In this document: positions 1-8,616 of the stretch, piece by piece
Layout: every line of letters starts with the position of its first letter
Position numbering within the stretch: position 1 is the first letter of the stretch
Source of the DNA: Promethearchaeota archaeon
GTDB lineage: Archaea; Asgardarchaeota; Thorarchaeia; Thorarchaeales; Thorarchaeaceae
Length of the DNA stretch: 64,000 nt
Direction of reading: 5' to 3'
Assembly: GCA_048939765.1 (NCBI GenBank)
Contig: JBHLPF010000018.1
Location: 1-64,000, forward strand
The notes under the pieces: generated by a model
The model's database searches: none
What the model was told of the DNA's origin: nothing
The model's input: only the letters and a program-made list of their open reading frames with translations
Position numbers and translations under genes: made by a program

Positions 1-588
1 GGGGCAACTATCCGCAAGCTTGTGGAAAATGGGGTTCAGGTTAAGTCCATTGTCTTCAGTGATTGCAAAAAGAGCGTGGATACATCGAAGTACCCAATCG
101 ATGTGCTGCGAAAGGAATGCAAAGCCGCATCTGGCCATCTGGGCATTGATGATCCTACGATTCTGGAGTTCCCAGTAAGGGAGTTTCCGAAATATCGACA
201 GGAAATAGAGGAAGAAATCTATAAACTGAGAGAAACCATGAAGCCCGACTTGGTTATCGCTCCATGGAGTAAAGACCTCCATCAAGATCATCGTACAGTC
301 GGAGAAGAGGCAATTCGAGCTTTCATGAGATTGAGCATCAATTTATGGGCATATCAACTGCCGGGCACATGTTTCGGCTTTATTCCGCAAGTATTCATTC
401 CAGTTAGCGATGATGAAGTCGACAAGAAGATTGAGATGCTTCATAGCTATCAATCTCAAGTTGAAAGAAGAGATTATTTTAGACCTGAGAAGATCAGAGC
501 TTTTTTGAGTCAAGTTGGTTCATTCATCAATTCCGACTATGCTGAAGGCTTTGCTAGTGTAAGATTAGTCTTTAATGATGTTGCCTGA
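1..588 (+). CDS. PIG-L/LmbE family deacetylase (5'-truncated by the window edge)
   Basis: Frame is open from base 1 (GATIRKLVENG...). Motifs D-L-H-Q-D-H, 'KKIEMLHSYQSQ' and terminal 'YAEGF' are typical of the family. Confidence 0.85.
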   Translation, partial: GATIRKLVENGVQVKSIVFSDCKKSVDTSKYPIDVLRKECKAASGHLGIDDPTILEFPVREFPKYRQEIEEEIYKLRETMKPDLVIAPWSKDLHQDHRTVGEEAIRAFMRLSINLWAYQLPGTCFGFIPQVFIPVSDDEVDKKIEMLHSYQSQVERRDYFRPEKIRAFLSQVGSFINSDYAEGFASVRLVFNDVA

Positions 589-824
589 CACGTTTTCTTA
601 CAATTCATAGATACAGAGGATCCTTCGTTCATAATCAACGGGAATCCGATATCCCTGCAAAAAGCAATTCTCATTTCATTGGCAATTCTATGTCAACGCG
701 AGAGTATTAATGAGCCAAATAACCTGCTGTATTGAATGGCGAAGATAGAAGGTTGCTAATTTCACAGCATGAGCGTTCGCGATGATTCATAAGTCTGTCC
801 GGTCCGATAAATGCCTGAGCTTCA

Positions 825-1484
825 ATGAATGACAGACTAGAACTGAAACTGGCAGAGATTATACGCAAGGAATCTGATGAAGCTGCGCTTATCGAATGGC
901 GGAATGCTCAACTAGAATCATCAAAGCCGCTCTATAACTACAGATATGACCATGTCAAGGAAGTTGTCAAGCTAACCAAATACTTGGCAAAGAGATGCGG
1001 AGCAGACATCGAGGTAACAACATTGGCGGCTTGGCTCCATGATCTATCGAAGCCTGGCATTAGGGGGATATCGAACCACGGAGAAGCCAGCGCATTGGCG
1101 GCAAGGAATCTGCTTGCAGATGAGGGGATAGAGTCCGAGATTATTGAACGAGTCTATGATACAATAGAAAAACATGTGGGTCTCACATTGGAAGACCCAG
1201 TTCAGCCACTCGAAGCCCAAGTCCTCTGGGATGCTGATAAGATTGTGAAACTGGGAGCGATTGGACTGATTCACTTCATGATTAATGGCATCAAGATAAA
1301 TCCAGGATTCTTACTCGATGAGGTTTCGGCGGCTACCAGTGAGTTTCTGAAACTGGCGGAGAGGATTGTTGAGAGTATGAACACTGAGCCAGGGAAGGAA
1401 CTGGCAAGAAAGAGATTTGTAGCACTGAAGCACTTCGCGAAGGAATTGGAAACTGAACTTGAAATGGCTGATGCTGCAATGTAG
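825..1484 (+). CDS. HD-domain metal-dependent phosphohydrolase
   Basis: H...LAAWLHD...H...DADK motif set. Confidence 0.85.
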   Translation: MNDRLELKLAEIIRKESDEAALIEWRNAQLESSKPLYNYRYDHVKEVVKLTKYLAKRCGADIEVTTLAAWLHDLSKPGIRGISNHGEASALAARNLLADEGIESEIIERVYDTIEKHVGLTLEDPVQPLEAQVLWDADKIVKLGAIGLIHFMINGIKINPGFLLDEVSAATSEFLKLAERIVESMNTEPGKELARKRFVALKHFAKELETELEMADAAM

Positions 1485-2309
1485 GTGATGCTAGTGAAGG
1501 CAGGGATTCTCACAATTGGAAACGAAGTTCTTGATGGACTAGTACTTGACACCAATGCGAACTGGATGGAAATACGTCTGACCGCACTTTCCGCAGAAAT
1601 CCACCGCTTAGTTGGTGTTCGAGATGTCATAGAGGAAATCGGCGCTGCGCTCGATTTCTTAGTCGGGAATTGTCAATTGGTTATCACATCTGGCGGTTTA
1701 GGTCCAACACATGACGATATGACCTTAGAAGCTATTGCATCTCATCTTGGTCTACCATTGATTGAGGACAAGGATGCTCTGGCAATTGTTGAGAGGCAAT
1801 ATAAAATGCTGAGCGACAAGGGCATCGTTGCAGACTCAGATATTTCTGAACCAAGAAAGAAGATGGCGAAGATACCAGAAGGTTCAGTCCCACTGGATAA
1901 TGCCGTGGGGGGAGCTCCAGGAGTTATGCTTGAGGTCAAAGATACAACGATCTTCTGTCTACCAGGAGTTCCTGCAGAACTGAAATACATCTTTGGAAAT
2001 TCTGTAAAGCCTTGGGTGGAAGAACGAGTTTCTGAGATGTATGTTGAGAAGATAGTTGAATTTGGATTCAAGGATGAATCCGTGTTTGCGCCCTATATTG
2101 ATAGAGCAATGAAGAAGGTGCCTGGCGTGTATATCAAATCAATGCCAAGAAGGTATGGGACTACCGACGTCCTCAGAGTCTGGATCTCGGCGAGAGGAGA
2201 GGATAAGAAAGCCCTGGAGGACCTCGTAATAGCCGCAATTGAACTCATTGAAGCAGACTCGGGGCAGAGCCCAACATATGTCGAGAAACGGCAGGAAACA
2301 AGCCGATAA
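1485..2309 (+). CDS. CinA-like molybdopterin-binding (MoCF/COG1058) protein
   Basis: TIGNEVLDGLVLDTNA, TSGGLGPTHDDMT, GGAPG and LPGVPAEL motifs. No C-terminal NMN-deamidase domain. Confidence 0.88.
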   Translation: MMLVKAGILTIGNEVLDGLVLDTNANWMEIRLTALSAEIHRLVGVRDVIEEIGAALDFLVGNCQLVITSGGLGPTHDDMTLEAIASHLGLPLIEDKDALAIVERQYKMLSDKGIVADSDISEPRKKMAKIPEGSVPLDNAVGGAPGVMLEVKDTTIFCLPGVPAELKYIFGNSVKPWVEERVSEMYVEKIVEFGFKDESVFAPYIDRAMKKVPGVYIKSMPRRYGTTDVLRVWISARGEDKKALEDLVIAAIELIEADSGQSPTYVEKRQETSR

Positions 2310-2355
2310 GTATAAGCAGATGTTTCAAAGGCAAACACATTCGGATGGTATATCG

Positions 2356-3126
2356 ATGCAAGTGGAATTCGCAATCGAGTTTGGCGATATTCTAGTCTAT
2401 TTCATTGCAGTAATCTATGCAGTGATTGTACTTACAGTCGCTGATCTGGCCAGGCGCAAGATGAATTGGGGATCCGAATTCACGAGGAGAATCGTTCATC
2501 TATTTGCAGGGATTGCCGTATGGACCGTCCCTTACTACCCACATCCATGGGTAGCAACACTTGTTGCTCTCACATTTGTAGCGATGCTAGCTCTTGCCAA
2601 TCACGACCGATTCAGTAGATTCTTTGAAGCAATGGCGAGGCCAGAGGATCTTGAGCATGGCAGCGTTCGCGGTCCTCTATGGTATGCCGTGTCTATTACT
2701 ATCTTGACCGCGGCATTCACAGTCACAGGCTATGACAATCTCTACTTCGTCGCAGCAGCTGCCATTCATATTATGATGTTTGGAGACGGGATGGGTGCAC
2801 CTATAGGCATGCGATATGGAGCGAATTCGACTCGAGTCATCTTTGGGTCAAAACGTAGCTTGCAGGGATGCGCCGCAGTGTTTGTCTTTGGCCTTCTGGG
2901 CGCGCTATTGGCATTCTGGTTCTTTGGCATCGTGAACTATGGTGTCTTTGTAAGTGGCGGTAATATCTTGTGGATTCAAATGATGGTGCTAGCGCTTATA
3001 GGTGCGTGCACTGCAACCATTGTGGAAGCCATTAGCCCAAAGGGGATGGACAACATACTCCTACCACTCATTACCTGCATTGTTATGTTATTTGCTGGAA
3101 TGACACTGAACCTAGTAGCTTTCTGA
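2356..3126 (+). CDS. Dolichol/phytol (polyprenol) kinase family membrane protein
   Basis: RRIVH, GDGMGAPIG..YG, KRSLQG and E..S..GMDN motifs with about 8 TM segments. Start moved to the ATG at 2356 to avoid overlap with the previous gene. Confidence 0.85.
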   Translation: MQVEFAIEFGDILVYFIAVIYAVIVLTVADLARRKMNWGSEFTRRIVHLFAGIAVWTVPYYPHPWVATLVALTFVAMLALANHDRFSRFFEAMARPEDLEHGSVRGPLWYAVSITILTAAFTVTGYDNLYFVAAAAIHIMMFGDGMGAPIGMRYGANSTRVIFGSKRSLQGCAAVFVFGLLGALLAFWFFGIVNYGVFVSGGNILWIQMMVLALIGACTATIVEAISPKGMDNILLPLITCIVMLFAGMTLNLVAF

Positions 3127-3129
3127 ATC

Positions 3130-3690
3130 TCATCGCCCTGGATCAACAATAAGGCGGTAGTAATAGGAGAGTCCGGCTGTATCACTGGCACGTTGGATTC
3201 GAATCACTTGACCTGCTTTTGCACCCAGCACTTTTACAGCGGCATCATCCCGATAAATTCGAGGCAGCTGTGATTTGGTGATACCATAGTGGTCAAGGAC
3301 AAGTTGAACTTCATCCTCATTTGCGACCACATGTTTTGGCACAAGATTGTGGCCAAAGAGGTCAAACGATGAATAGCCTCCTTCCACAAGTTCTATCCGC
3401 ATTTGACGAGCGAGCTTCTTCGATGCTGGTGTGACTCTGGAGCCACCTACAAGCATACCCTCGTGTGCATGAGCCTCTTCGATATCTTTCACCAGTTCTC
3501 TAACGACAGCGACTCCCACTACCTTTGGTTCCTTGAAAATCCATACCACGGAATTAACGGTGACATCTTCAGATTCCCTTGATGGATGCATGACATACCG
3601 GTTCTCGTATTCCAACAATTCATCCACATGATATCCTCTCAGCGTAAGTAGACCTCTGGTCTTCATGACAAGCATAGGGAATTCAACCAC
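3130..3690 (-). CDS. rpo5: RNA polymerase subunit Rpo5/RPB5, eukaryote-like two-domain form, copy A
   Basis: C-terminal HNLVPKH...LPRI...GQVIRI.R.SDTAG..YYYR.I is the Rpo5/RpoH signature. The ~105-aa N-terminal extension (LRGY; KEPKVVGV; GSRVTPAS) resembles the RPB5 jaw domain. Confidence 0.88.
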   Translation of the reverse strand: MVEFPMLVMKTRGLLTLRGYHVDELLEYENRYVMHPSRESEDVTVNSVVWIFKEPKVVGVAVVRELVKDIEEAHAHEGMLVGGSRVTPASKKLARQMRIELVEGGYSSFDLFGHNLVPKHVVANEDEVQLVLDHYGITKSQLPRIYRDDAAVKVLGAKAGQVIRIQRASDTAGLSYYYRLIVDPGR

Positions 3691-3731
3691 GAGAATGCAC
3701 CCTAAATTGTGACACAGTTTTAAGCGGGAGT

Positions 3732-3741
3732 TATAAAGATT
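3732..3741 (-). promoter_or_regulatory. TATA-like promoter element for rpo5 copy A
   Basis: AATCTTTATA on the minus strand, about 42 nt upstream of the GTG start. The same 10-mer lies upstream of copy B, and an AGGTG SD-like site precedes the start. Confidence 0.55.
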
Positions 3742-3792
3742 CCCAACTAGGGATTTATGAAAAGGTTGCAGGGTTTGAAAGATGTGTTGAGT

Positions 3793-4347
3793 CTAGGATG
3801 TGACTACTAATCTGTAGTAATAGACTGCTCCAGCAGTATCACTATCTCGTTCGATTCTTACTACTTGTCCAGGTTTGGCTCCCAACACCTTCACAGCTGG
3901 GTCGCTTCTTAGAATTCGAGGAATTTGGTCCCGAGTTATGCCATAATACTCCATGACCAAAGACACTTCATCTTCCTCGGCAATACTATGCGGAGGGACG
4001 AGCTCATGTGAGAACAGATCAAAGGATGCGTAGTTTCCCAGAACAAGTTCCACCCTCATATCCATTGCATGCTTCTTTGCAGCTGGTGTGAATCTAGAAC
4101 CCCCTACCAAGATGCCTTCCTGTGCCTGAGACTCCTCCATCTTTTTAACTAAATCCTTGACAAGCGCAATTCCTACAACGCGAGGCTCTTTCAGAATCCA
4201 AACAACGGACCTGACTGTCGTATCTTCCATTTTCTTAGTCGGATGCATCTCAAATCGATTCTCATATTCGAGCAATTCCTCAACTGCATAGGCTCGAAGG
4301 TTGAGGAGGTTCCTAGTCTTTATCACATTGCTTGGGAACTCTATCAT
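3793..4347 (-). CDS. rpo5: RNA polymerase subunit Rpo5/RPB5, eukaryote-like two-domain form, copy B
   Basis: HELVPPH...IPRILRSDPAVKVLGAKPGQVVRIERDSDTAG..YYYRLVV. Aligns to copy A without gaps, about 121/184 identical by hand count. Confidence 0.9.
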   Translation of the reverse strand: MIEFPSNVIKTRNLLNLRAYAVEELLEYENRFEMHPTKKMEDTTVRSVVWILKEPRVVGIALVKDLVKKMEESQAQEGILVGGSRFTPAAKKHAMDMRVELVLGNYASFDLFSHELVPPHSIAEEDEVSLVMEYYGITRDQIPRILRSDPAVKVLGAKPGQVVRIERDSDTAGAVYYYRLVVTS

Positions 4348-4394
4348 GGAAACACACCCGAAGAAGGTCTAGCAGTCGCCGATTCAGCTTGTCA

Positions 4395-4404
4395 TATAAA
4401 GATT
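4395..4404 (-). promoter_or_regulatory. TATA-like promoter element for rpo5 copy B
   Basis: AATCTTTATA on the minus strand, about 48 nt upstream of the ATG at 4347. Confidence 0.55.
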
Positions 4405-4448
4405 ATCAAGCAGCCCTCTTCTAAATGACCGTATTGCAGGCCAGTCTT

Positions 4449-4571
4449 CTAGTCTTCTTCAAACAGCCTCATTGGTTGACCACAGCAAACGAGGGTTCCA
4501 ACACCGTATTTCACTACTCTTACTACCTGCTGACAGATGTCACATACGTACAGTTTTCCTTCTTTTCCCAT
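4449..4571 (-). CDS. Desulforedoxin-like FeS4 iron-binding small protein (40 aa; not in the ORF track)
   Basis: Manual translation: MGKEGKLYVCDICQQVVRVVKYGVGTLVCCGQPMRLFEED*. Carries the CxxC...G.G.L.CCGQPM signature. Confidence 0.88.
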   Translation of the reverse strand: MGKEGKLYVCDICQQVVRVVKYGVGTLVCCGQPMRLFEED

Positions 4572-4720
4572 GATTCATAGGTCTCCTTGTAGATTGGTAT
4601 TGCAGCAGCCTCAGCTCCTGATTTATGGCTTTCTGAATTCATTCTACTCATGGATATAAGCAAGACGAAGACTCAAATACACCAGTGCATTCATCCAGTT
4701 ACTAGACAGAGGCGATTGGC

Positions 4721-5146
4721 GTGGCCGGGCTAACGAAAGGTATGATTGCAGATGTCAAGAAGAAACGGGCAATAGCTCTCCCAGATGACTTCTTCAACAA
4801 TCCAGAACTGGGCGACATGAAAGCTGCAATGGTAATCTATTTTGAGAGATCGGGCGAGATAAGACTCATTCCGATGATGAAGGAGGGTGGAGCACGTGTC
4901 AGGCTTGAGGTCGAGAAGGTCAATCCGGCCCTCATGCAGACTATGACTCAACTGTTCAAAGCTCATGACCTCAAAGTGCTGTTCACAACAGGATTCTGTT
5001 TCGAAGAGAATCGATGTGTCTACGAAGTCTATTTTGCAGCAGACGAAATCAGGCAGAAGGAGCCAACCATTAGAAGCACTATAGAAAGCATTCCAGGATT
5101 ATATGATGCAGAGTTCGAGATACTTGAACTTGGTGAAGAATGGTAA
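4721..5146 (+). CDS. Hypothetical regulator (AbrB-like N-terminus, ACT-like C-terminus)
   Basis: N-terminal beta-hairpin 'VKKKRAIALP' and a C-terminal beta-alpha-beta-beta-alpha-beta pattern. The domain call is tentative. Confidence 0.45.
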   Translation: MAGLTKGMIADVKKKRAIALPDDFFNNPELGDMKAAMVIYFERSGEIRLIPMMKEGGARVRLEVEKVNPALMQTMTQLFKAHDLKVLFTTGFCFEENRCVYEVYFAADEIRQKEPTIRSTIESIPGLYDAEFEILELGEEW

Positions 5147-5169
5147 GCTGCTGATGGGCAAGACTCGAG

Positions 5170-5814
5170 CTACTTGAATCGAAAAGCGGCAGTATCTTTC
5201 CCTGCAGTGTCAACCAGTTCTAGCTTGACCTTTAGCAATGCTTCAAGATATCCTTGTATGAAAGGAGCAGGATAGAATGGACTTGTTATGACAAGAAGAT
5301 CATCACTTTGCATTTTTAGAAAGCCCCATCCGAAGTTCTGAAGCAGGGTGAGAATAAGACCTCGACTTTCCTTCTCTGTTGGATCAGTTCCATGATATAA
5401 TGTAATAACATCCCCGATTGCTGATTGACTGCCTGATGTTATACCTAGCTCATATTGATCAGACGGAGTTAGCTTTGAGAAGAAGAATGAATTCATGGTT
5501 TCCGATTCCAATACAACTCTGGAACCGGATACATATAGGCCCAAGTCAGTCCATCTGTGAACGGAATAGTCCAAGAACCATCGCACTGCATCTTCGATGA
5601 GTTGAGCTCGAGATCTGCCGACAGTCTCATGAACAAGCTCATCAATGCGATTCACCAGCGCTTGACTCATAGTTACACTGATAATTTTCTTCTTAAGCAA
5701 ATCATTGATTTCCTGCAACCTCTCCTTTTCCTGCTTGGTGCGGCTAGCTTCATCTTTTTTCTCGATTGCAGCTTTCTCTTTCATGAGTGTGGATTGCTCG
5801 AACCTGAGTGCCAA
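5170..5814 (-). CDS. CopG/NikR-type ribbon-helix-helix regulator with V4R-like C-terminal domain
   Basis: IISVTMSQALVNRIDELV...SRAQLIEDAVR is an RHH motif. YELG...G, 'NFGWG' and 'FIQGYLEALL' resemble V4R/heme-NO-binding folds. Confidence 0.7.
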   Translation of the reverse strand: MALRFEQSTLMKEKAAIEKKDEASRTKQEKERLQEINDLLKKKIISVTMSQALVNRIDELVHETVGRSRAQLIEDAVRWFLDYSVHRWTDLGLYVSGSRVVLESETMNSFFFSKLTPSDQYELGITSGSQSAIGDVITLYHGTDPTEKESRGLILTLLQNFGWGFLKMQSDDLLVITSPFYPAPFIQGYLEALLKVKLELVDTAGKDTAAFRFK

Positions 5815-6005
5815 TTTAGCCTATCCTCCGTATCGCCTACCCTGTGACACATTCATCTATCATAGATTGTATTTGGTTCTACTGGGTCTTGTTAGTTTCA
5901 CATGACTCCTTCTATTTGAACTCTTTGGGACGCCTTTCTATGACACATTTGCACAGGCAAACCTTAATCTTCTAAGCAGGGAAAATTCGGCAGAGTTGTG
6001 AATGA

Positions 6006-6266
6006 ATGTCGTATTGCGAACTTTGGCTTGAAACCAATAAAAGTGAGTTTAGGGTAGCGATGTTTGTGCCTGTGGGATTCGAGGTGCCTGACGGATTCAC
6101 GCGACTAGCATCGGGCGACCTTGGTGAGAAAGGATTCTATGTTTCTGATTGGTACTCTGGAATCACTGAGGCAAAGAAAAGCATCGACAATGCAGCCAAG
6201 TTCTACTCCGATCTCTCAATCAAGTTCCTGTATATTAGAGAGATAAGACGCCCTCGGGCTATGTGA
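6006..6266 (+). CDS. Hypothetical protein
   Basis: 86-aa ORF that fits the gene layout, divergent from the RHH gene. Confidence 0.7.
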   Translation: MSYCELWLETNKSEFRVAMFVPVGFEVPDGFTRLASGDLGEKGFYVSDWYSGITEAKKSIDNAAKFYSDLSIKFLYIREIRRPRAM

Positions 6267-6292
6267 GTCATTCCAGAGAAAAAAGATGAATG

Positions 6293-6311
6293 GAGGGGAA
6301 GATTTCCCCTC
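6293..6311. terminator. Hairpin between convergent genes
   Basis: GAGGGGAA-gat-TTCCCCTC, preceded by an A-tract (a U-tract on the minus strand). Confidence 0.5.
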
Positions 6312-6317
6312 AAGATA

Positions 6318-6980
6318 TTATGGCGTTGGCCAAGGAATTCCGAGTCCAACAATCGTTGCATCATAGAATATGATGATACCAATGCCCAGTGCTGCGAGTC
6401 CAATCAAGACAATGACTGGAGTTGCTGCAAACACCTTCCCTATAAGTTGGATCAACTTGATCAGAAGACCGCTAAGAAGGTATACCACAGCAAAGATAAC
6501 GAAGGCTATAACTGCCATCCATTTCAAGGAGATTATCTGTGTGACATATTCGCCGATGAATGGGTCGCTCGCATGTGGCGCGAGGACTCCATACAGCGTA
6601 AATGTCCCGAACAAAGCTAAGCCTAATGACAACAGAAGGGCGATAGGGAATTTAGAGAGCATTCTCATACTCAAGGCGAAGCCGATGAGAATGAGTAGCC
6701 CAGCTACAATCACTGCGTTTGGATTCGCTGCCCAAACAACATAACCTACACACATATCCAGAATGCCTACGAAAAAGCCCAGATAGCTGCCGATAGCCAC
6801 TAGCCCATCAAATATTGTTCCGAGTAGTGGAATAGGATCTGTGATATTCTCTAGCAGCCATGCTGCAGCAAGAACACCAGAACCTATCAGCACCCAAGCG
6901 ATAACAACATCATTCTGGAAGTAGGCAACAATCTCAGCTAGGGTGAAGTCGAAAACTCCGAATTGAAGCATGGTTTGCAC
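6318..6980 (-). CDS. Polytopic membrane protein, unknown function
   Basis: About 6-7 hydrophobic helices; GAGGTG precedes the start region. Confidence 0.75.
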   Translation of the reverse strand: MQTMLQFGVFDFTLAEIVAYFQNDVVIAWVLIGSGVLAAAWLLENITDPIPLLGTIFDGLVAIGSYLGFFVGILDMCVGYVVWAANPNAVIVAGLLILIGFALSMRMLSKFPIALLLSLGLALFGTFTLYGVLAPHASDPFIGEYVTQIISLKWMAVIAFVIFAVVYLLSGLLIKLIQLIGKVFAATPVIVLIGLAALGIGIIIFYDATIVGLGIPWPTP

Positions 6981-7028
6981 CTCTTGCTTACTGAGACGAA
7001 CTTTAGCATCGCTTCTAAAAAACCTATG

Positions 7029-8555
7029 TCACACAATTTCTATCCCCAGAATGGCAGATGAAAGCATGAAAGCTGCCCAGAAAAGAAGGCCGCAAACCGC
7101 GCCCATTAGAATCGGACGCCTACCTCCAACCATGCTTGTGTTCTGATAGCCCGTGGATACAGTCGTGATAAGCAAGGTGACAAATAGAGGCAATATGCTC
7201 AGTAAGGACAAATCGGCAGCGCTCCAAGTTGGTCCCTCAGTCAGCAAAGAACCGATGTATAGGAATGGAGAGAGCGCGGATAGCAGACCCAGGACAAGTG
7301 AGCTGGTGATACTCAGTAGATAGACCTTGAGACGCTGAGCCGCGATAATTGACTCACGTTCCTTTGCAACGGCTGACCGCTTCACTAGACGAGCAGCAAT
7401 CCTTGAGAGTCGGTCTCCTGCATCAGTGGCGGAGGCCTCACACATCAGTGTTATCATCTTGATCATATTTGCCACCCGCTGACCCAACGCCATCGTAGCT
7501 GCTTCAGCCATAGCTTCCTCAATACTTCTCCCTCCCCATGTAATGGCTTTAATGACAGGATCAATAAGCTTCTGAATCTCCAGTGCCACGTCGTCGCGGA
7601 CAGCTTGGATAGCGACCTCCAGAGTGTCGCCGGACCTCAGACGTTCTGATAACAGCATGAGGAAGTTCAGGAATTCATCATATTCTGCGACAATATGGCT
7701 TTGATGAAGGAACAACGCATTCTCGCGATTGGGCCTATCAAAATACGCAGAGAACTGACTCGAGAATCTTGTCTTCAAGAGCGAGTTGAGTCCTATGAGG
7801 ATCGGTGCCAACAGAAGAACAATGAGATTGGTAGCATGTCCCGCGAGTGAAACTGCCAGAGTGAGCATTATTGGTATGTAGGTGGCAAGTGCTGCTACAA
7901 CCAAAAGACGGCTCTCAAGCTCCAGATTCTTCTGGCGCAATGTCATGTCGGCTTCAAAGGACTCTCCTGAAAGGAGGCCAAGGAGTTCAGTCTTCTTCTC
8001 AAGTGCTGAGAGGATGCCCATTATGTATCTCCTTAAATCATCAGAGGGCTGATTCTTGGCAAATTCCATCAGGCAAGTTTCAGGAGGCGTGCCATCTTGA
8101 ATCTGCACCATAATGTTTTGGAAGACCTTTGACAAGAAGGGGTGTTCGGATAGAGCTACCATCTCAATTGCATCAAAGATTGTGCCTCCCGTTTGAAAGA
8201 CAAGGATGAATTGCTCGAAGACGAGGTCCGCTTCTTCGGATAAGCTGAGCTTATAGCTGTTCATGGTTGATACAGGATACGACACGATGGCGTAGTATGT
8301 TATCGCAGATGCGATGGCGGATATTGGCAGAGCTATCAGTATGCTTGCGCCAAGAATAATGAAGACTACGAGCGAAATGGCCAATACCGAAGTTGAAGTG
8401 AAATATGACGCCGCATAGACACCCTGTGTACTAACTTGCATCCTTGTTTCAAGGAATTTGACTGCTTTTGCAAGGTCTCGATCTTCTCTCCGGGCGCCCA
8501 GCGAGGAAAACGGGGGAATTCGAGCACACAGATTGCATAGCCGCTCGTATATCAC
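7029..8555 (-). CDS. Type II secretion/type IV pilus platform (T2SSF; TadB/TadC/ArlJ-like) membrane protein
   Basis: Two T2SSF-like cytoplasmic repeats (TGGTIFDAIEMVA...L.K.F; LRSGDTLEVAI) alternating with TM blocks. Confidence 0.7.
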   Translation of the reverse strand: MIYERLCNLCARIPPFSSLGARREDRDLAKAVKFLETRMQVSTQGVYAASYFTSTSVLAISLVVFIILGASILIALPISAIASAITYYAIVSYPVSTMNSYKLSLSEEADLVFEQFILVFQTGGTIFDAIEMVALSEHPFLSKVFQNIMVQIQDGTPPETCLMEFAKNQPSDDLRRYIMGILSALEKKTELLGLLSGESFEADMTLRQKNLELESRLLVVAALATYIPIMLTLAVSLAGHATNLIVLLLAPILIGLNSLLKTRFSSQFSAYFDRPNRENALFLHQSHIVAEYDEFLNFLMLLSERLRSGDTLEVAIQAVRDDVALEIQKLIDPVIKAITWGGRSIEEAMAEAATMALGQRVANMIKMITLMCEASATDAGDRLSRIAARLVKRSAVAKERESIIAAQRLKVYLLSITSSLVLGLLSALSPFLYIGSLLTEGPTWSAADLSLLSILPLFVTLLITTVSTGYQNTSMVGGRRPILMGAVCGLLFWAAFMLSSAILGIEIV

Positions 8556-8616
8556 GGTGTCCTTCCTCTAATAGCTAGGCCACCTGCTCATCTCTTAAAT
8601 TGCCCGAAAAGATGCC

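Noticed and set aside
2239-2355. N-terminal extensions given by the ORF track (also 21155-21262, 40404-40433, 40427-40498)
   Set aside because: They overlap neighbouring genes or promoters, and downstream ATGs give better starts.
3130-4347. Assembly artefact or Mrr restriction-endonuclease pair as the explanation for the duplicated ORFs
   Set aside because: The copies are only about 66% identical in protein, so this is not a collapsed or duplicated contig. The N-terminus has an Mrr-like pattern but no recognisable D...(Q/E)xK catalytic motif, and it is fused to an unambiguous Rpo5 domain.
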